From assembly GCF_006345805.1 (NCBI RefSeq), contig NC_043000.1, positions 66,526,001 to 66,590,000 of the forward strand: a stretch of 64,000 nucleotides of DNA. The letters run 5' to 3'. Shown one piece after another: positions 21,791 to 35,100 of this stretch. The stretch is from Octopus sinensis (taxonomy: Eukaryota). The notes under the pieces were generated by a model that worked only from the letters and a program-made list of their open reading frames with translations, was not told where the DNA came from and searched no databases. How positions within the stretch are numbered: the stretch's first letter is position 1; each line of letters begins with the position of its first letter. The translations under genes were made by a program, and so were the position numbers.

Positions 21791-23784
21791 TACAGAAATG
21801 TTTTGAAATTTTTGTCCGAATCATAATGTCCGTATTTCCCCATATATTAAAAAAAAAAAAGAAATCTTTAAAAAACTTTTACAAAAATTTTTGGAAATTT
21901 TTTTCAGAATCATTATCTCCGTATTTTTCCGCACATTTTGAAAAAAAACAAAATTTTAGAAAAAAGTAAAAAAAAGAAAATGAAGGAAAGTGGGGGTGGT
22001 AATTTAAAAATGCGATTTTTGCCAGCAGATTCGTATTCCCCGTAACCAAAACAAAAAAAAGGTGGGGGTTGAGTCGAAAAAAATTAAAAAAGAAGGGTGT
22101 GTTTTTTTTGGTGGGGAGGGGGGCCGAAATCTTGCCAAAATGGGGAAAGACTTCCGTCCCAAAAATATTCATTTTCCTTAAAGTTACGAGGGAAAAAAAT
22201 CGGATCTTGTGAATTTTCCGAAGTCCCTTCCCCACCCCTTCGGAAAAGATTTTACCTACAAATTTCGTTATAATCTTAATGTATGATGTTTGAAAGGTAT
22301 TTATATAAAATTTCATTTCAAGAAAACCCCATTTTCCTAAATGTTATGAGGGAAAAACTCGGATCTTGTGAATTTTCCGAAGTCCTCTCCCCGCCCTTGC
22401 TTTCCGCGCAATTTTGTTTTCATATTCGTTTTCTTCATATTTTTTTTACACCCGTTGCATTACTTTTGTTTCGATATCGTTTCCAGGTAATAACGTCAAT
22501 CTCAACCATAAATTAAGATTAATTAAAAATTAAAATAAATCAAAAATGCTAAGATTAAGTTTGTATGACATTTCAAAACTGGGCGTGGTCTTCTGATAAA
22601 TAATACCAGCACTCCATAACATGTTAACGATATTTTTTACCTCCCAACTTAGGGTTAATGTTTCAGTCTTTGCAACACTTATTCTCATTCCTGTCTTGCA
22701 GCACTCAACAGCAAACCCATTTAGGTCACGCTAGGGAATCCGGCCGGAAAGTATAATGAAGGCTGCTTGTGATAGGACCTGTGGAGGAGGTGACTAAGGA
22801 CTCAACCCTCACGACCCTTCAATGAGTAGTGGGTGGAAAAGATGGACAGAAGGGGAGAATGCAGATTTCCTCATAACGCCCCATAATATATATTTTTGAA
22901 CACTTTTTCCATCTTTTTTCCGCGCAATATTCTTGCTATATTCACATACTTTACGTCGCAAGTGTTACTGTCAGAACACGAAGAACCAGGAACAGATACT
23001 CCAAGACATTTGTTTCTCGGCCAGCAATCCAATGACCGAAAGAGAGAGCTAAATTGCTTGTGTTTTTATGTTTTCTAATTAAAGTAGGTCAACTGAGAAC
23101 AATAGGATTTCTCTAGAATTATCCACCTTGACCCTTGGATACCATGAAAAGGTCCAAGAGGCCAACATAGTCTCATTTATCTCTTGGTGCAGAGAGAAAA
23201 CAAAAGACCGGAAATTTGTTTGACAATTAATGAAAATGTGGATTCGGTTTCGAATCCTCTTAGCTAGACTGTAGCATGCTGCTATATATCCATTGTCTCA
23301 GTTGATCACGCTTGGGAAACCAGCCGAACAGTCCAATGATGATTGATTTTGATAGGAACCTATAGATGTGGCGTCTGAAGACTCTATTCCCAAGACCCTC
23401 TCAGGAATAGCGGGCAGAGAAGATAGATGGATAGACAGATTCAAAAATTCTGCTTTGTCACATCATGTCACGCTAGCTCGTCCTAAGAATTGTTTTAATA
23501 GTTTACATGTTTCTTGAATATCCAATCTCTTATACAATTATTTCACATGTAGGAATTCAGTTAGTGAAACAACTGAATGATTATTAATGAGATTGACGGA
23601 GAATCCCACATCATACTTCGGTATTGATTATCTGATACTAAAATTTGAAAGATAAATGTCTTTTTGCAAGATTTCATAGTTATCGTTGCAAAGGCTAAAA
23701 GACGACGTATGAAGATCTGGTTAAATAGATTCACAAAATCGGCCCCCTTTAATTTCGCTCAGATTGTTTTCAATTTTGGTGTAT

Positions 23785-24464
23785 CGATGCAACTCTTTTG
23801 AGCTACAGATTTAAAAAATAATTTTTTGTAACTAAATACTTTCAAACTTCGGACACTGGTAGAATGTGTCATATAAAACATGTTTTACTCTTAGCATTTT
23901 GATAAAAACTTATATTTACGAAGTTATTTCTCCTTAAAGTTCTAGTATTTCGGTAATTTCAACCAATCAATGACGTGCATTCAGCTGAATAAAATTACTG
24001 CTGTTGTTTGTCAACAAGAACTTCCGGCGGGGTATATTTCGTTTGTCACTGTTATTTATGACAACCCTAAAACCCTAACCTTAACACACTAACCCTAAAA
24101 CCTTAACCCTAACCCTGAAACCCTAATCCTAACCCTAAAACCCTAACCCTAAAACCTTAAAACCAGTACAAACGCACGAACGATGTCATAAATAACAGTG
24201 ACAAACGAAAAATACACCACCGATAGTTGTTGTTGACAAACAACGGCAGTAATTTTATTCAGCTGGATACACGTCATTGATTGGTTGAAATTACCGAAAT
24301 ACGAAAACTTTAAGGTGAAATAACTTCGTAAATATAAGTTTTTCTCAAAAATGCTACGAGTAAAAGATGTTTTATATGATACATTCTACCAGTGTCCGAA
24401 GTTTGAAAGTGTTTAGTTACAAAAAATTATTTTTTTAAATCTATAGGTCAAAAGGTAAAGATCC
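23785..24464. mobile_element. Fold-back element with about 280-bp inverted arms around a telomere-like core (24063-24163)
   Basis: Arms are reverse complements along their length; the right end AAAGATCC and internal blocks are shared with the 18029-18430 MITE. Confidence 0.88.
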
Positions 24465-24469
24465 CCGCA

Positions 24470-24638
24470 TTTAGTCGAACAAATCGACCCTAGGACTTAT
24501 TCTTTGTAAGCCTAGAACTTGTTCTGTGTCGGACTCTTTTGCCGAACCGTTAAGTTATGGGGACATAAACACACCAGCATCGGTTATCAAGCAACGATGT
24601 GGGGAACAAATAGAGACGTACATACATACATACATACA

Positions 24639-24687
<49 letters not shown>

Positions 24688-24690
24688 TGA
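24470..24690 (-). mobile_element. SINE family A 3' part plus (TACA)n/(TA)n
   Basis: ggacttattctttgtaagcctag matches the family tail. Confidence 0.8.
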
Positions 24691-25319
24691 TAAAAATGGT
24701 AAGACAACAAAAGAATGAAAGGTACCTCGATATTATGTAAATAGAGGAATTTATCTGTAAATTTAATATGTGACAATTATTCGGTAGCTGCGTGCATACG
24801 GGTATATAGACGTGGTTTAACCTTTTTCTATATTGTTACCCTTAGCCCTGTGTTTTCTTGTGTTTGTGCGTATATAGATATGTGTATGAAACTTTTGGTG
24901 CGCGTGTGGATGTGTGGGTTTGTATATATATATACATACAAATATATATCTTTGGCGAATGGTGCGGGTGATGTTGTGTACGTTTCAAGTGAAGGTGGAT
25001 GAGTGTAAACTTTTAGGCGCATGCACATGGGTGTGCGGGGGCGCATGTGTGGGTATGAACATGCGCGCTTACGCGAATACTATGAACTTTTTACCCCCTT
25101 ACTTTTACTCCCTCCCCTCACTTAGCGGACATTCAAATAGCTCTTTTGTCTTAATAACGGTCAATCACACAGTAATTTCCCTTTGTAATGATGATGATGA
25201 TAATAATAATAATCATAATAATAATAATAACGTGTCTCTAATACGATATTCGGCTGCTTTCCAGAACTGGGCTAAGGAAGAACTAGAACACATTGACTGT
25301 TAAACCAGTAAGACAATAG

Positions 25320-26420
25320 TCATGCGTAGGTTGTTATATCTTAGAGATAATGTTGATAGATTATCCTTACCACAGAAGGAGGGAGAGGGTTGATATCAAT
25401 AGAAGACTGTGTAGAGATAGTAGAACGTAATACAGAAGAGTATGTGAGAAGAAACGCAGAAACACTGATTTCAGCTGCCAGAAGAGAGAAGAAAGAAGCT
25501 GCGGAGACTGCAAGGAAAGAAGCAAACAGGAGAGAGAAAAAAAAGAAGAAATCTGGGGAAAAGAAGTGCACGGTCTGCAACGCAGACAAACACAGGATGT
25601 CGCAGCAGATGAGTCTTGGTTATGGCTTAAGACTGGAGAACATTAGAAAGAAACGGAAGAACTTATAATGGCTCTCAATAGGTATCTTACCACACAACTA
25701 TGCTTGCACCATGCTTCCAGAAAAATGGTTGCTTTCTTAATAACATTTTCTTCAAATAACTTTCAGACGGTGCAGATTACGGTAAAGCTGTGTAAAGCGC
25801 TAAGTGTAGAGAATGTAACGAGAAAGAGGAATTCGTTATGCACATAAGTTCCTGTAGTCTTTTGGCACATAAGGAGTATAGTCGCGATTATGTGGCCAAG
25901 GTATTCCACCGGAACATATTACAGCAAAAGGGATTTGAAGTTGGCAGAAAATGGCACCAACATCAACTAGAAAGTATAGTAGAGAACGACCAGTTTAAGG
26001 TCTTTTGGGACTTTACTGTACAGGCTAACCACGAACATCAAGCAAGGCGAACTGGCATTATATTTCTGGAGAAGAGTAAAAAAGAGTGCATCATCATAGT
26101 TGTGGCTATATCTACAGATATGAATGTAGCTGTCAAAGAACAGGACAAAATAGGAAAATGCTTGGATTTGGTTACGGTAATGCGCAGACTGTGGAGGATT
26201 TCTACAAAAGTAATCCCACAAGTAATATGTGTCCTAGGTACCGTCACCAACAGACCTCATAGTTTCCTTATTGAGATTGGTGTAACTAGGCGAGTTGCAT
26301 TAATACAGGAATCTACTATGTTGGGAACAACAAGGATTGTAAGCAAGGTCCCCGATATCTAAGGAAACTGGTTGTGATTCGGTATCAAGGACATTAGTAC
26401 TGAATGTAACATTCGTGCAT
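25320..26420 (+). mobile_element. R4/Dong-type (restriction-like endonuclease) non-LTR retrotransposon, 3' portion
   Basis: DRLSLPQK-GGRGLISIEDCVE; ORF 25838..26362 has HISSCSLLAHKEY..VFWDFTV..ARRTGII..KEQDKIGKCLDL..VIPQVICVLGTV, i.e. a degenerate CCHC plus RLE domain. Confidence 0.8.
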
Positions 26421-26519
26421 AATGTTGAATGATTATAATTCTTTCTCTATTGACCACAAAGGCCACCACAAAACAAAAGGACGCTACAACACAACAGACT
26501 CATTAGCATGTGTAAATAG

Positions 26520-28520
26520 TAAAAAACACTAACGATTAACAATAAAATATCAAACAATAAAATTCCTCCAAACGTCTCAGGAAATCCGGTTGTCCCGCCT
26601 CAGTCAGGGCGTACACAGCGATTAGTCTAAAAGCGCCACATTCGCTGCTGTTCACGTTCAGGACGACCAACTTACCTTCTGAGTCCCGGAAGATCGACCG
26701 TACCATGAGGCTTATGAACAATTCTGGAACGAGTATGAGAGACGCAAAGATCTCAAATTCGACAAAATGGGTGCCAAAGTGTGTGTGTCGGAAATCCTGG
26801 TCTCACTGAGGGCTATCACATCCGAATCAAGCGACGTGACATAATTGCGCTGTCATCCCTGCTTCCAGGGTGACCCCAGGTCACCTGTAACTAAGCTACC
26901 CCCTCTTAATATCGCTATTTTGATCAGAAAGAAAGGAAGAAGAAAGGAGATCACTTATCTTAAAGGTTTTTCACACTCAGATGTGTGAAAATTCGTTTGT
27001 TGTATGGGGTTCCTTTGGGAAACCTTGCAGTAGCCTATTCGATGACGTGACGGTTGAGTTCCCAATGTCATGTGGAAACTCTTTCTCATTTCTCTGTAAC
27101 AATTAATTAGTAGCCCAGCCAATATCAGATTCTCTGGGAGATCGATTGTGTTGTTTTTTAACTCTTTCTGTCTCTATGTCTCCTCTTTTTGCTATGTAAA
27201 AGAATTGTATTTTTTTTTCCTTTCTTACAAACACAAAGTTGAGTGTAACTTGTTGTGGGTGTGTTTGTCTTCTGGTTTTCTTCTTGTGTGTTGTTCTGCT
27301 TGTGTATCATCTTTTCTTGCTGTTAGTAGAGCTGGTGGTGATTGTAACGTATTAGTTGTAGTTTTGGTGTTGTTTGGGTGTCAGTGTTGACTTTCTTTTT
27401 ATACTATTTTGCCCCTCTTCTTCGTTATGCGGAAGAGTCCACCTCGAACAGGGTAGGGCATGTTTTCTCCTATGATCACATCTGTGATTTTGCACGTTGG
27501 CAAGTGGGTGTTAAACAGGTGCAGCGGAAGAGAGAGTGGGGTTGAAATGTCCCCTGGATGGTGATTATTCCTTGATTATCAATATTATCCTTAACATAAA
27601 GGCGGCGGGCTGGCAGAAGCGTTTGCACGCCCGGAAAAATGCTTAGTGACATTTCGTCCGTCTTTACGTTCTGAGTTCAAGTCCTTCGAGGTCGACCTTA
27701 CCGTTCATTCTTTCGGGGTCAATAAAATCAGCACCAGCTGAACACTAGAGTCGATGTGATCAACTCCCCTGAAATTGCTGGTCTTGCGCCAAAATTTGAA
27801 CCGAATGTTATCCGCCACATTAATTGCTATTACGAAAGGAGTTAACGTTGATGTTGGTGCGATTGTGGGTATTGTCAATTTTTCTGTTGTTGTTGATGCT
27901 ATTGATGATGATGGTATAAATTTTATTATATTTCCTTCCTTTTTTCTTTGCTGCTACAATTGGTACTGCTTCTGTTGTTGTGTTGGTAGTAGTGGGGCCT
28001 TCTTTTTACCCTGTCTTCTTGTGATTGTGGGGATAGAAAGGCGCAGCTCCCTCCCAGTTTTCAGAGAGATCACATCTGGAATCTTTTCCAGATTCTCCGG
28101 TTTTATATGGAGGAGTATCTCCAGATTGCTCCCAGAAAAGATCTCTTCCTGCGTCCCTCTAAGGTTACATATGATACCAGCCACCTCTGGTCATACCTTG
28201 GTGGGATATCTTTGAATGTTTCTTCGGTCCGTCCTTCGCTGGGATACAGAATAATGACATCGTTCCCTCAGGGGATAACGGAGGATTGCAGAGCGAGGGC
28301 CGCGTTCTTGAATGATAATTCTATATCCCCGGCCCCTACTGCTTGGTTCTGGACATGTACTAAACGTCCTCCCATATTTTTCAAGGACCTTTTTCACCTG
28401 AGCATTAGTTGCATTCTGCAGGCGCAAATGTTCTTTTTAAAATATCATTTAAGGCAGAGGCTTGACTCTTGTGGCTCAAGGACAAAATTTGTGAATTCAA
28501 TGAAATACAACACAGCTAAG
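26520..28520 (-). mobile_element. L1/Tx1-type LINE 5' part: ORF1 remnant and APE endonuclease start
   Basis: DVIALSETR near 26800; RDSEGKLVVLNV..FRLIAVYA (ORF 26536..26721); ORF1-like ATNAQVKKVLEKYG and GRELRLSIPT with frameshifts. Confidence 0.65.
27595..27770 (+). mobile_element. tRNA-derived SINE family C
   Basis: ggcggcgggctggcagaa...gttctgagttcaa...gtcgacc; related copies at 52375-52530 and 54220-54385. Confidence 0.8.
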
Positions 28521-28559
28521 CCAATAGAATCTCTTCTGAGTAGATTGTATAGAAATTCA

Positions 28560-29110
28560 CCTGAAAAAGTGGTACCGAAGGAGTACAAGGAATACAGAAA
28601 ATACCAAGACGTTGTACAGAGGATAGACTGGGAGATGTGAAGGAGGTACGGGTAAGAGTGGACCAACAAGTGGTACGAATACCAACTCTTGCCAGTCGCA
28701 GTCAATGATCACATGAAACTCATGTGGGATATGACAATCTACAGTTAAGAAACTAAAAATCTTCGACCAGATATCATTCTTCTCCGGAAAGAAACCAAAT
28801 AACGCATCTTTATTGACTGAGAGGTACCAGCAGATCAAAAGAATGTGAAGACAGTGCACGAGAGAGCCGCAAGGTATCAAGACCTGGTATTTAAAGTTGA
28901 GCATATTCATAGAGCCACAAAAAGTCAAGATGTTATCCTTCGTGATTTCGGAATCACTTAAAAAGAACACAAAAACCAAATATAAGAAGTTGGAACTATC
29001 AAACATCATTGGCAGTACGCAGCTATACTTAGAACAGCGCATATATTGAGGAAAGTGTCGCATCTCGATGCCGTAGGAAGGAACTGAGACATGACTTAGA
29101 TAGCATAGAA
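28560..29110 (+). mobile_element. Second RLE-type LINE 3' remnant
   Basis: KLMWDMTI..LRPDIILLRKETK*RIFID and a terminal ILRKV. Confidence 0.6.
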
Positions 29111-29459
29111 CATCAAAACTGGAGAGATTACTCTGCTGATTCCTAAGCATCGAAAGTGCTCCTTCGTTTTTTTCCCTCCTACTTTCAGATTTGAATTTAA
29201 GAGAGCTCTTCACACCTGCTCTGTCGTCCGGCATGCTAGAAATAGCAGTCTCATTTCCCACAGGACATCCTGCCGTCTTAAAAATAAAAATCCAGAAGAA
29301 AGAACACATCAAATAGCGTAGTCCAGGGTATAGTGTGTCTTGATAAAAGACGTGATGGTCATGATTGGGTTTGCTTATTCAGGAACTGGGTAAAACTAGT
29401 TCAGTGCCTTCACCCCATCTTTTGTTTCTTCATAACTTTCTGAGAGTGCAGACTGTGAT

Positions 29460-30040
29460 TATGTTGGGGGAAGGGGATTAGTCAATTACGTCGACTCCAG
29501 TGCTCAACTGGTACTTGTTTTATCGACGCCAAAAGGTTGCAAGGCAAAGTTGACCTCGGCAAAATTTGAACTCAGAACGGAAAGATGGACGAAATGCATT
29601 TTGTCTGATGTAATAACAACATCAATGATATTAATAACCCTTTCTTATTTTGGCACAAGGCCAGCAGTTGTGAGGGTGGGGAAAGTCGATTACATCGATC
29701 CCAGTGCTCAACTGGTACTTATTTTATCGACTCAGAAAGGGATGAAAGATAAAGTCGACCTCGGCGGAACAACAGCAGTAGCAGCAACAACAATAACAAT
29801 TATGAAAGTTTGGTGGCAGGAGTCTAGATGATTACGTCGACCAGTACTTATTTTATCGATCTTGAAAGAATGAAAGGCAGAACAACAATAATAATGGTTT
29901 CAAATTTTGGCACAAGGCCAGTAATTTCCGGGAAGTGGGTAAGTCGATTACAGTGACACCAGTAATCAACTAGTACTTATTTTATCGACCCCGATAGGAT
30001 GAAAGGCAAAGTCGACCTTGGCAGAATAATAATAATAATT
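29460..30040 (-). repeat. Head-to-tail chain of four SINE-C-derived modules separated by (AAT/AAC)n
   Basis: Recurring gtcgattac..cagtgctcaactggtacttattttatcgac..gaaaggcaaagtcgacct at about 29480, 29685, 29830 and 29945. Confidence 0.8.
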
Positions 30041-30199
30041 TACATCTATTTGTTTTTGGTGCTCGTATATTGTTACTGTGTTCAGAAATTAGCGCTGTAA
30101 TTCATAAATAATGCATTTTACATTTCATCAGTCAACGGACGACTAACTCAATGCTAGTTGGTTAAATGTGCCTTATCTGTACACAACTAATCAATACAG

Positions 30200-30326
30200 A
30201 AGCGATCGACAAAAGAGCTATGGTCCTGAACTTCCGCTAGCCTACCTTCTAAACTTCAACTTCCCGTGTTACAAAAAAAAAAAATATTTTGAATATTCGT
30301 TTATCATTGTCATCGGTCCTTTATAA
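30200..30326 (+). promoter_or_regulatory. Possible promoter / non-coding first exon of taxilin
   Basis: Non-repetitive-looking segment with an ETS-like CTTCCG at about 30231 and a donor TAA|gtgagt at 30327. Inference only. Confidence 0.25.
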
Positions 30327-32092
30327 GTGAGTAGATTTTCTCATTAACTATCTTCATATTTGGTAAATGTTTCTTATACTGAATTCTTAAAATAATATTT
30401 ATTTATACTTGTGCGAGGAAAATCATTAACTTCACTAATTCTCAAGCTGTAACTCTCTTAAGGCCTCCTGCGTATGTAAGGGAAAGTAATTGGCCAAACC
30501 TACGAAGTGAGCGTGTATGTTAGAAGTAGGGAGGTGGTGGGGGAACATTTGTACAAGGGGCTACTTGAACATGTAGGGCCACATCTATCCCGAGAAAAAT
30601 GATGTATCTTTAATTTTAGATATTCCTAAGTGTGCTTTATAATGAATTGATGGAGTTTCGAAGACTTCGTCAACGAAGTGTTTCAGCAATTTGAATGCAG
30701 GCGAAATTTCCGTTGCTGGCGGTTTGAAAGGTTCCCCTTCTCGGTTCCTACGCGATCGTTCGACTTGTTAGAAATAGCCCGCTAAATCACATCCTACCAT
30801 CTTAAAAAAAGAAAAGTGAGAATAAGTTGATGTTAAGATGCATTTGATCATAGACTGTTCACACAAGTTGGAGCTAAGCAACATTAATTAGCTAAAACGT
30901 TAATTTCACCTTGGGTAACTATTACAGACCAATTCTTCATTTTATATACTGTTTCAAAGTTAGTTTTAATCGAAGTTCTGTAATTTCAATAAAGTTTAAT
31001 AAAATATTAAAACAGTTTCCTAGATTTAAGATTAGACGCATTTGTGATGTATTATGAACTTGCACGTGGAAATACCACCAGCAATGTTGCTTGTTATTAC
31101 CACAATTTAAGGATCTTGTGTTGTAATAAGCGAAAAAGTCGTGAAGTTGCGTATATTTCATATAAGCAACTGATGAACCCCCCCCCCCCAATACTTGGAA
31201 TTTTAAGTTGTTTTGATTAGCTAATCCACTGCAGAGTTATAAATCTACTCAAACTTTAGCTTTCACCCCCATTAAGCATTGTTTTTTTCTTTCTATAACG
31301 CACTACTCTACTTATTCCCCCTCCCCCACGGGATGCATACTTCATGCAGTTCGCAAGTATGTGTTGCTAAGTTCACCTACACTTGGCAGTTAGCTGCGAG
31401 CTTTGTGAAAGAAAGTTTCTTAGCTGCAACTCATGTTTTTAACCAAACTTCAAGGCTGTGTTTGCTGTCAATCTGTAAGTTGCGGATTTACTGGCACCCT
31501 ACTTTATATCAAGCGTTAAAACATATTCTTTTAAATTCTAATTGGGAAGTTTTTATTTCACTTTTATTTTAGATTATGTATTTTCTCTTTACTTACAAAT
31601 TATATATATATATATTTTGTATTAATTAATATTTCTTTATACCGAAATTATAATATACATAAAATATTAGACGCATAATTTTTAGTATTGAGTACTTTTT
31701 CACCTGTTAATGTATTCGTTGCTTAAGATACCAGCTAATTATATACTATTTCAAATGCTCAAGGTGAAGTTTACTTATTAAGATTTCGATTAGAAACAAC
31801 TAAATACAAAACTCATTCAGATTTTCAAAAAATCATTTAGAAACAATATTGGTACTAAACTATTTAGAAGTTGCGTAACTTGTATACATTAGTTGTGTCA
31901 TTGCTTTAGAGGGGACCAAATATTACGCTTCTCTGCTTTTCGCCATGTGTTCTTGGTGTATGTTACCGTTGGATTGCCTCCCTTGATCTAGTCTTGCCTA
32001 ATAGGGAATTCGTCTTTCTGCCGACAGCTCTTGCTTTATTTTTAGCACTTCTTTCTACATTACTTACCCTTTCGGGTATGATCAACTGTACG

Positions 32093-32129
<37 letters not shown>

Positions 32130-35100
32130 TCATTTTAAGTTTATTTAAAATTAGTTCTTTACGCTATTCTTGTACTTTGCTGTTATTTTGTCAGTATTAT
32201 ATAAAAAAAATAAGCGCATATTTTGATGTTTACATTTTTTCTCGCTTGTTTAAAACTTGATTATATATGACATCTAGACTATCTTTTTTTTTTTTTTACG
32301 AAATATATATTCGCAATTTGTACCTCAGTTTGATTACCCTGTATTCTAAGATCGCTTGTGGCTTGTTTAGAGTAACCGCCTCTTTTACTTCGATTTTTAT
32401 TCCAATTAATGGTGCAGCCATTCGACACCTCTGACCTCTGGTTTGGTACTTAAACTTTGAAAGAAATTCTTAATTTTTCTGCTTATTCAGTTTACAACTG
32501 TTTTGATAATCCAATTTAGATGATATCGTTAAAGCCATTAGATTGTAATGTGTATTCGTTTTTGTTAGCCGAAGAGTGTTGCCACACCTCTCCTGAGGTC
32601 CCTTCCTTACTTATTTGCTCCATATTTGAACAATTTGAAATCCTATTCCCTTACTGCTGTTGACATTTTACACTATCTCACTTTGACATATATCGGGTAA
32701 AAGTGGATATTTTAAATCTTGTTCCACCTGTTTGAAAGTAAATATCTAACTTGCTTATAGTCTCAAATATTTAACAGTTTAAACAATTAAGTAAATTAAA
32801 TTATTTTTGTAAAATCCTCAACAGCTCATAAATTCTGGACTACAAATGTTGTAAGTTTATATCTTCTTTGTAAGTCAACACTAACAATCTATACTGAAAT
32901 GAAATCATCTTTCAATACAGGGTATTTTAATCCTGATGCCACCATTGTTTATAATCTCGACCTCTGTTTTCTCTGAAAATTAACACTTCATTTAGTTTCA
33001 CGTTGCTACTTTCTTTTTAGTTTATTTAGTTCTCTAGAATTGGTATTTCGACAAGTTAATCGTTAGTATATTGGACGTGTGTGTTATTCCTTAATTGTTT
33101 AATTTTGTTCAGTGATTGAACTTTTCGATAGTTTCACTATGGTAACCTAAGATAACGCAGTTATTCTAAGACAATATTCAGAGAAGGGTGCTTTTTGTTG
33201 AATGCTTCCACTAACCAATTCCAATTATTATCCGTAATACCCAGTTACCAAATATGTTATTTAGCACCATGTTAATCCTGATCAAATGACTATTTGCCTT
33301 TTCAATCTATCAAGGAGTGCATTGTCCATTGTATCCTTTTATCAAGTCAGTAAGGTGTAATTTTAAAGTCATTTTGGTTTCTATTTGTAGCAGGCTGAGC
33401 CACTGCAAATTCCCTCGTTGGCTCACATCTATGAAATATACTTAAAATAGGTAGTCAGCTGTTTGCACTTGAGACAAGAGAAATTAAAATACTAAAAACA
33501 GGCAAACGCGACTTCTTAAACTTTCTGCACATTAAATCGAGGGTGTCAAACTGGTTTGGCCTATGTGGGCCAGACTGAAGCATAAATTAGATCTCACGGG
33601 CTGAATAAGGGCAATTCTTAAAATCCTTATTCGTAATGTAGTCCAAAGTAAATGGATCAAAGGATAATATTTGGTATAACAACATTATTAACGATAAGAA
33701 AAGGAAAGAATATGGTATATTAGCAAACACTAGAGATCTGTGGGAAAATCTCATCCACATGGTGTACAAATAAGCGCATTAAGAGTCCTGAGAGTGGAGT
33801 GGGAATATTGATAAAAATTGTCTGATGACTGCATACAGTTCTCTAGAAGACAAATACTTAATAAAAATCTAGCACTGTTCTGTTGCAATCCTTTCAATAT
33901 CATCAACAAAATCCATCCAGGAGCAACACATACGTAAATTTAAAAAAAAAAAAAGAAGTTTGGTGTGTGTGTGTATAGACAAAGTGAAAGGGAAATAGGG
34001 TACAGCTTTTATATAAATTCGTAAGTTTTTCTCCATTGCTTGAGATAAAGATTCCCTAAGGTGACCAATCGGATGGGCTCTTGTCTCTGAACGCATGCTA
34101 GTGATACATATATTTAACAGACTGTTTTAAAATTAAAAAAAGATAATTATAACATTTTTTTATACCCTTGAACTGGGAGCTACACTAAACATTTTTGCAG
34201 GCCTATATTAAATTTTGAAATTCTGGTTCTATAAAACTAGCTGTTGAAACTATTTGGAAATAATTCTTCTAGCTTGCCATTATTACCTTGGGTTACATCA
34301 CAAATGAAGAATAAGGAACCAATAACCATTTCTATATGGTTGTTCAACCTGCTAGAAAAAGCAGCAAAAGCTACCTTAACCCTCAAGCATTCAGATTTTT
34401 TTGTCAAATGTGATGCTTATTTATTCACATTGTTTTGAATTAATCACACATTAGTTCGAAGCTTCAAAATTTCAGTGGTGTGTTTGTATGTTTTTAGAGT
34501 GACATTATAGGGTAGATGTGAGAGGTTGGATTTGGTCAGTTTTAACATAAAATCGGTATAATATTTGGCTGGATTGAATGCTGAAGGGTTAAACCACATG
34601 CTGATGTTCATCTTGAAGAAAAGAAGGATATCTTGTATATTTTAGACTTATATACATTATATCTGAAAATAGAGAAATATGGTCACTGTTAGAATATCTT
34701 TGACTGTACATTTACTGGATCAGGACTAACCTGAGACTTAATAGAATCATGAATATCTCACCAACCAATAAAAAGGCCCAATAAGTCCAGCTTCATAAAG
34801 AAACAGGAATAATATTTATTGATTTTTAACTTATGCCAAATTACTCTCATATACTACAGTGTATTCTTTAAAACATAATACCTAATTGCTCTATCTCATT
34901 CTACAGAAAATAAACTAAATTAATTATCTTTTTTAATGAGCCCCAGAGTGGCAGAAGCCATAATGTCAATGCTCACTTGTTAGTCCACATAACATAACTG
35001 GTTCTGAGAGAGAGAGAGAGAGAGAGAGGAAATGGTCCTAAGATTTGACTGGTATTTCATTTACCAGGCCCGACAAAATGAAAGACAAAGTCTGCTGTGT

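Larger units (their letters stand above)
20123..22495. mobile_element. About 2.4-kb fold-back element with modular (about 155-bp) subterminal repeats
   Basis: 20123-20245 is the reverse complement of 22390-22495; the module gaggacttcggaaaattcacaagatccg at 20845 is inverted twice at about 22200 and 22360. Confidence 0.75.

Noticed and set aside
21733-24163. True chromosome end or fusion site
   Set aside because: The tracts are short, degenerate and embedded within transposon-like inverted arms.
32300-33300. Decayed piggyBac transposase (KPQAILEY-like peptide on the minus strand)
   Set aside because: One short motif amid many stops; no TIR or catalytic motifs could be recovered.
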